Source of the DNA: Takakia lepidozioides
Taxonomy: Eukaryota; Plantae; Bryophyta
Assembly: GCA_030704615.1 (NCBI GenBank)
Contig: CM060731.1
Span: forward strand, 25,234,001-25,298,000
Direction of reading: 5' to 3'
DNA length: 64,000 nt
Each line of letters opens with the position of its first letter. The first letter of the stretch is position 1. Made by a program: the position numbers and the translations under genes. The notes beneath the pieces were generated by a model. That model was not told the origin of the DNA. It made no database searches and saw only the letters and a program-made list of their open reading frames with translations. Shown one piece after another: positions 61,595 to 64,000 of the stretch.

Positions 61595-63944
61595 ATGGTG
61601 AGTCTTCCTTCTCCTTTTTCGACTTCTGTTTGTGTTTGTGTTTGTGGGGGATAAAGCTGTAGGAAGACTGACTTTTACTATGGCTGGCTAGGCCTTCGTG
61701 AAGCCGAATAAGTCGAAGGCGTACTTCAAGCGGTTTCAGGTCAAATACAAACGCCGACGAGGTTGGTTTTCCCAATTGCTATCCTCGATGGGAATTCGTT
61801 GCTGTAAACCCGCGCCTTCCTTCCATGTTGGCACTCAGATGCATACCTTCCAGTGTCGCCAACTTATAGCCTGTGAATCACAGTGCCTTGGGTAGAATAC
61901 TGATGGCTATTGGGTTCAGGGTAGTTTAAGTTTCATCCTGTTGGGATCTGGGGTTGGAGACTGCAACATTCAAAAGGCTGCACAGTTTTGTGATGCTAGT
62001 CATGCGTGAGTGCCATGCTCGCATCTCAGTTCGTTCGATTGGCATTCCTCTGATGTGCAGCTGGCAAGACTGACTACCGGGCGAGGATTCGCCTAACATC
62101 GCAAGACAAAAATAAGTACAATACTCCTAAGTACCGGTTGGTCGTGAGATTTGTATCCTCAATTTGTGCAGGGAGAATAGCAGGTTTCAAAGCTGAATAA
62201 GAAATGTGTTTCGTGAGATTAGGGCTTATGTGTTCTTGGAATTATGAGCTGCGAAAGTGCATTTAGAATCTGCACAAGTGACTGGACGCGCTGTCTTCTC
62301 ATTGTTATGCAATTATCGTGTAGCTCGGAATGTTTCACTAAATTAGTTTCTTGTAAATCATATCTTCCTTAACGCTGCGCTCATATAGACCAACAAGGAT
62401 ATTGTTGCACAAATCGCGTATGCCACCCTTGCCGGTGACATTGTTCTTACCGCAGCTTACGCGCATGAGCTTCCCCGCTATGGCCTAAAGGTGGGCCTTA
62501 CAAATTATGCTGCAGGTAATTGACCCACCTGATCAGTGTCTGTGTTATGGTAAATCCTTTCTGGTGCCCAGTTGGTAGGTGTGCTTGCAGAGTTGCATTT
62601 CTGGAATCTTGCTATTCAGTGTCATGGTTGCCTTTTTCTCTGGTTGATGTTTGTTGAGCACAAGAGGGGTGTGGGTTGTATGGTGCACAGCCTACTGCAC
62701 AGGCCTTCTCTTGGCACGAAGGCATTTGAAGAATTTCGACCTGGATGAGGAATACATCGGGAATGAAGTGGTTAGTGATGTCTGCTTTACTCCGACATCT
62801 TGGAATGACTGACATTGCCAAAAAACATGTGTACTGGCAAGCATTTTTGGTCCAGGGAACTTAGTATGTGTTGGAATATTTTTTGATACCGAAGAAGGCA
62901 TCCAGCATGATTGCTTCAACTTGATGCTACTGTCTCTGGTGTTGACCTTTGTTGGGACTGGTTTGAGCTGTAGGAGTTAATGAGGACTTTTTGATGGATG
63001 TGATGCATGCAGGCTACTGGCGATGACTATAACGTTGAAGAAGGGGAGGGAAAGCGGCCCTTCAGAGCCCTTCTTGATGTGGGTCTTGTCCGAACTACAA
63101 CTGGCAACAGGGTCTTTGGAGCACTCAAGGTGCGTCAGTTTGTAAGTGAAAGAGATTAGGTCGCTGGTACATTTTTGTGCTGTTTCTGTTGCTGGAGGAC
63201 AGGTGTGAAAGCCAAACTCAGCTCAGTAAAGAACATAGGGTTTAGTGAGAAAACAAGCAAATCTGGTGATAATGTTTCTTGGAACCCATGTAAATGTGCT
63301 GTGGCGTCCTTTAATAGTCAGCTGTGGAATGAAACGTACTTCTGCTTGCACCTTAGTATCTCTCCTGTCAAAACTCACTAATATGTGGAATTTCTTTAAG
63401 CATTTAGAGAATTGCATATAGAGTGTGTCAGTGACTCTTAGAATTTGGGACTTTTACAGGGTGCTCTCGATGGAGGGTTGGACATCCCTCATGGCGAAAA
63501 GAGGTTCCCTGGCTACGGCAAGGAAGATAAGGTTTTGAATGCCGACACCCACCGGAAGTACATCTTGGGTGGTCACATCGGGGATTACATGAAGGTTTGA
63601 ATTTTACGTGTTAATTTTACGAGTATTGGTGTTACAGAGCCAATGATTTGACAGTAAAAAAGTGTGCCACTTACTGCAGTACTGGCATTCCCATGGCACA
63701 GTAGTGTTCAAGCTGTTGTTCTGATTCTTGTCAAATATAACTCTTAATTGTAGTTGTGGTGTGGATCATCACAGCTCCTGAAGGAAGAGGAGCCCGAGAA
63801 ATACCAGGCACAATTTAGCAGTTTCGTGAAGGAAGGTGTGGAGCCCGAGGGGCTTGCAGATCTGTACACCAAAGTGCATGCGGCAATCCGGGCAGACCCA
63901 TCTCTCCAGCACACCGAGAAGAAACCTCCAGCGGAGAAGAAAAC
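61595..63944 (+). CDS. RPL5: 60S ribosomal protein L5 (uL18), 3' end beyond window; exons 61595-61597, 61692-61761, 62061-62152, 62389-62515, 62691-62770, 63013-63129, 63460-63594, 63775-63944
   Basis: [100 protein letters not shown]. Confidence 0.97.
62153..62388 (+). other. U12-type (minor spliceosome) GT-AG intron in RPL5
   Basis: 5' site GTATCCTC; branch point TTCCTTAAC at 62365-62373, about 15 nt before the 3' splice site. Confidence 0.85.
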
Positions 63945-64000
63945 GTAAGTCTTCAATTCCTGATGGATCTTTTTCTTTGGGCTCTTGCAAATTACATTCA

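Overview
Eukaryotic nuclear DNA from a non-seed land plant (bryophyte/lycophyte-like; inferred from PLS-class PPR fragments, a Replitron-type HUH gene, piggyBac relics and the RPL5 sequence). Host genes are a 5-exon very-long-chain 3-ketoacyl-CoA reductase (20773-23917), an unusual EGF + 4xLysM extracellular protein (core 26641-28707) and RPL5 (61595 to window end, with a U12-type intron). There is also a decayed intron-containing RPL5 copy and three PPR fragments. Most of the window is transposon-derived. It holds two large (12.6 and 14.3 kb) long-TIR Mutator-like elements (MULEs). The second has a perfect 9-bp TSD and sits inside a hAT-type element (8-bp TSD), which sits inside a Replitron HUH endonuclease ORF. 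The most striking signal is that both MULEs carry a homologous convergent C2HC zinc-finger accessory gene, and each has its own short motif amplified into tandem arrays in TIRs, introns and spacers (AGTC/CAGTCT in MULE-2, CATCC-rich in MULE-1). MULE-2 also carries CACTA-type TnpA-like and transposase-associated genes. This suggests an undescribed multi-gene MULE regulatory or anti-silencing system analogous to Arabidopsis VANDAL/VANC (inference, untested). Domain calls are from motif recognition by eye, not database searches.
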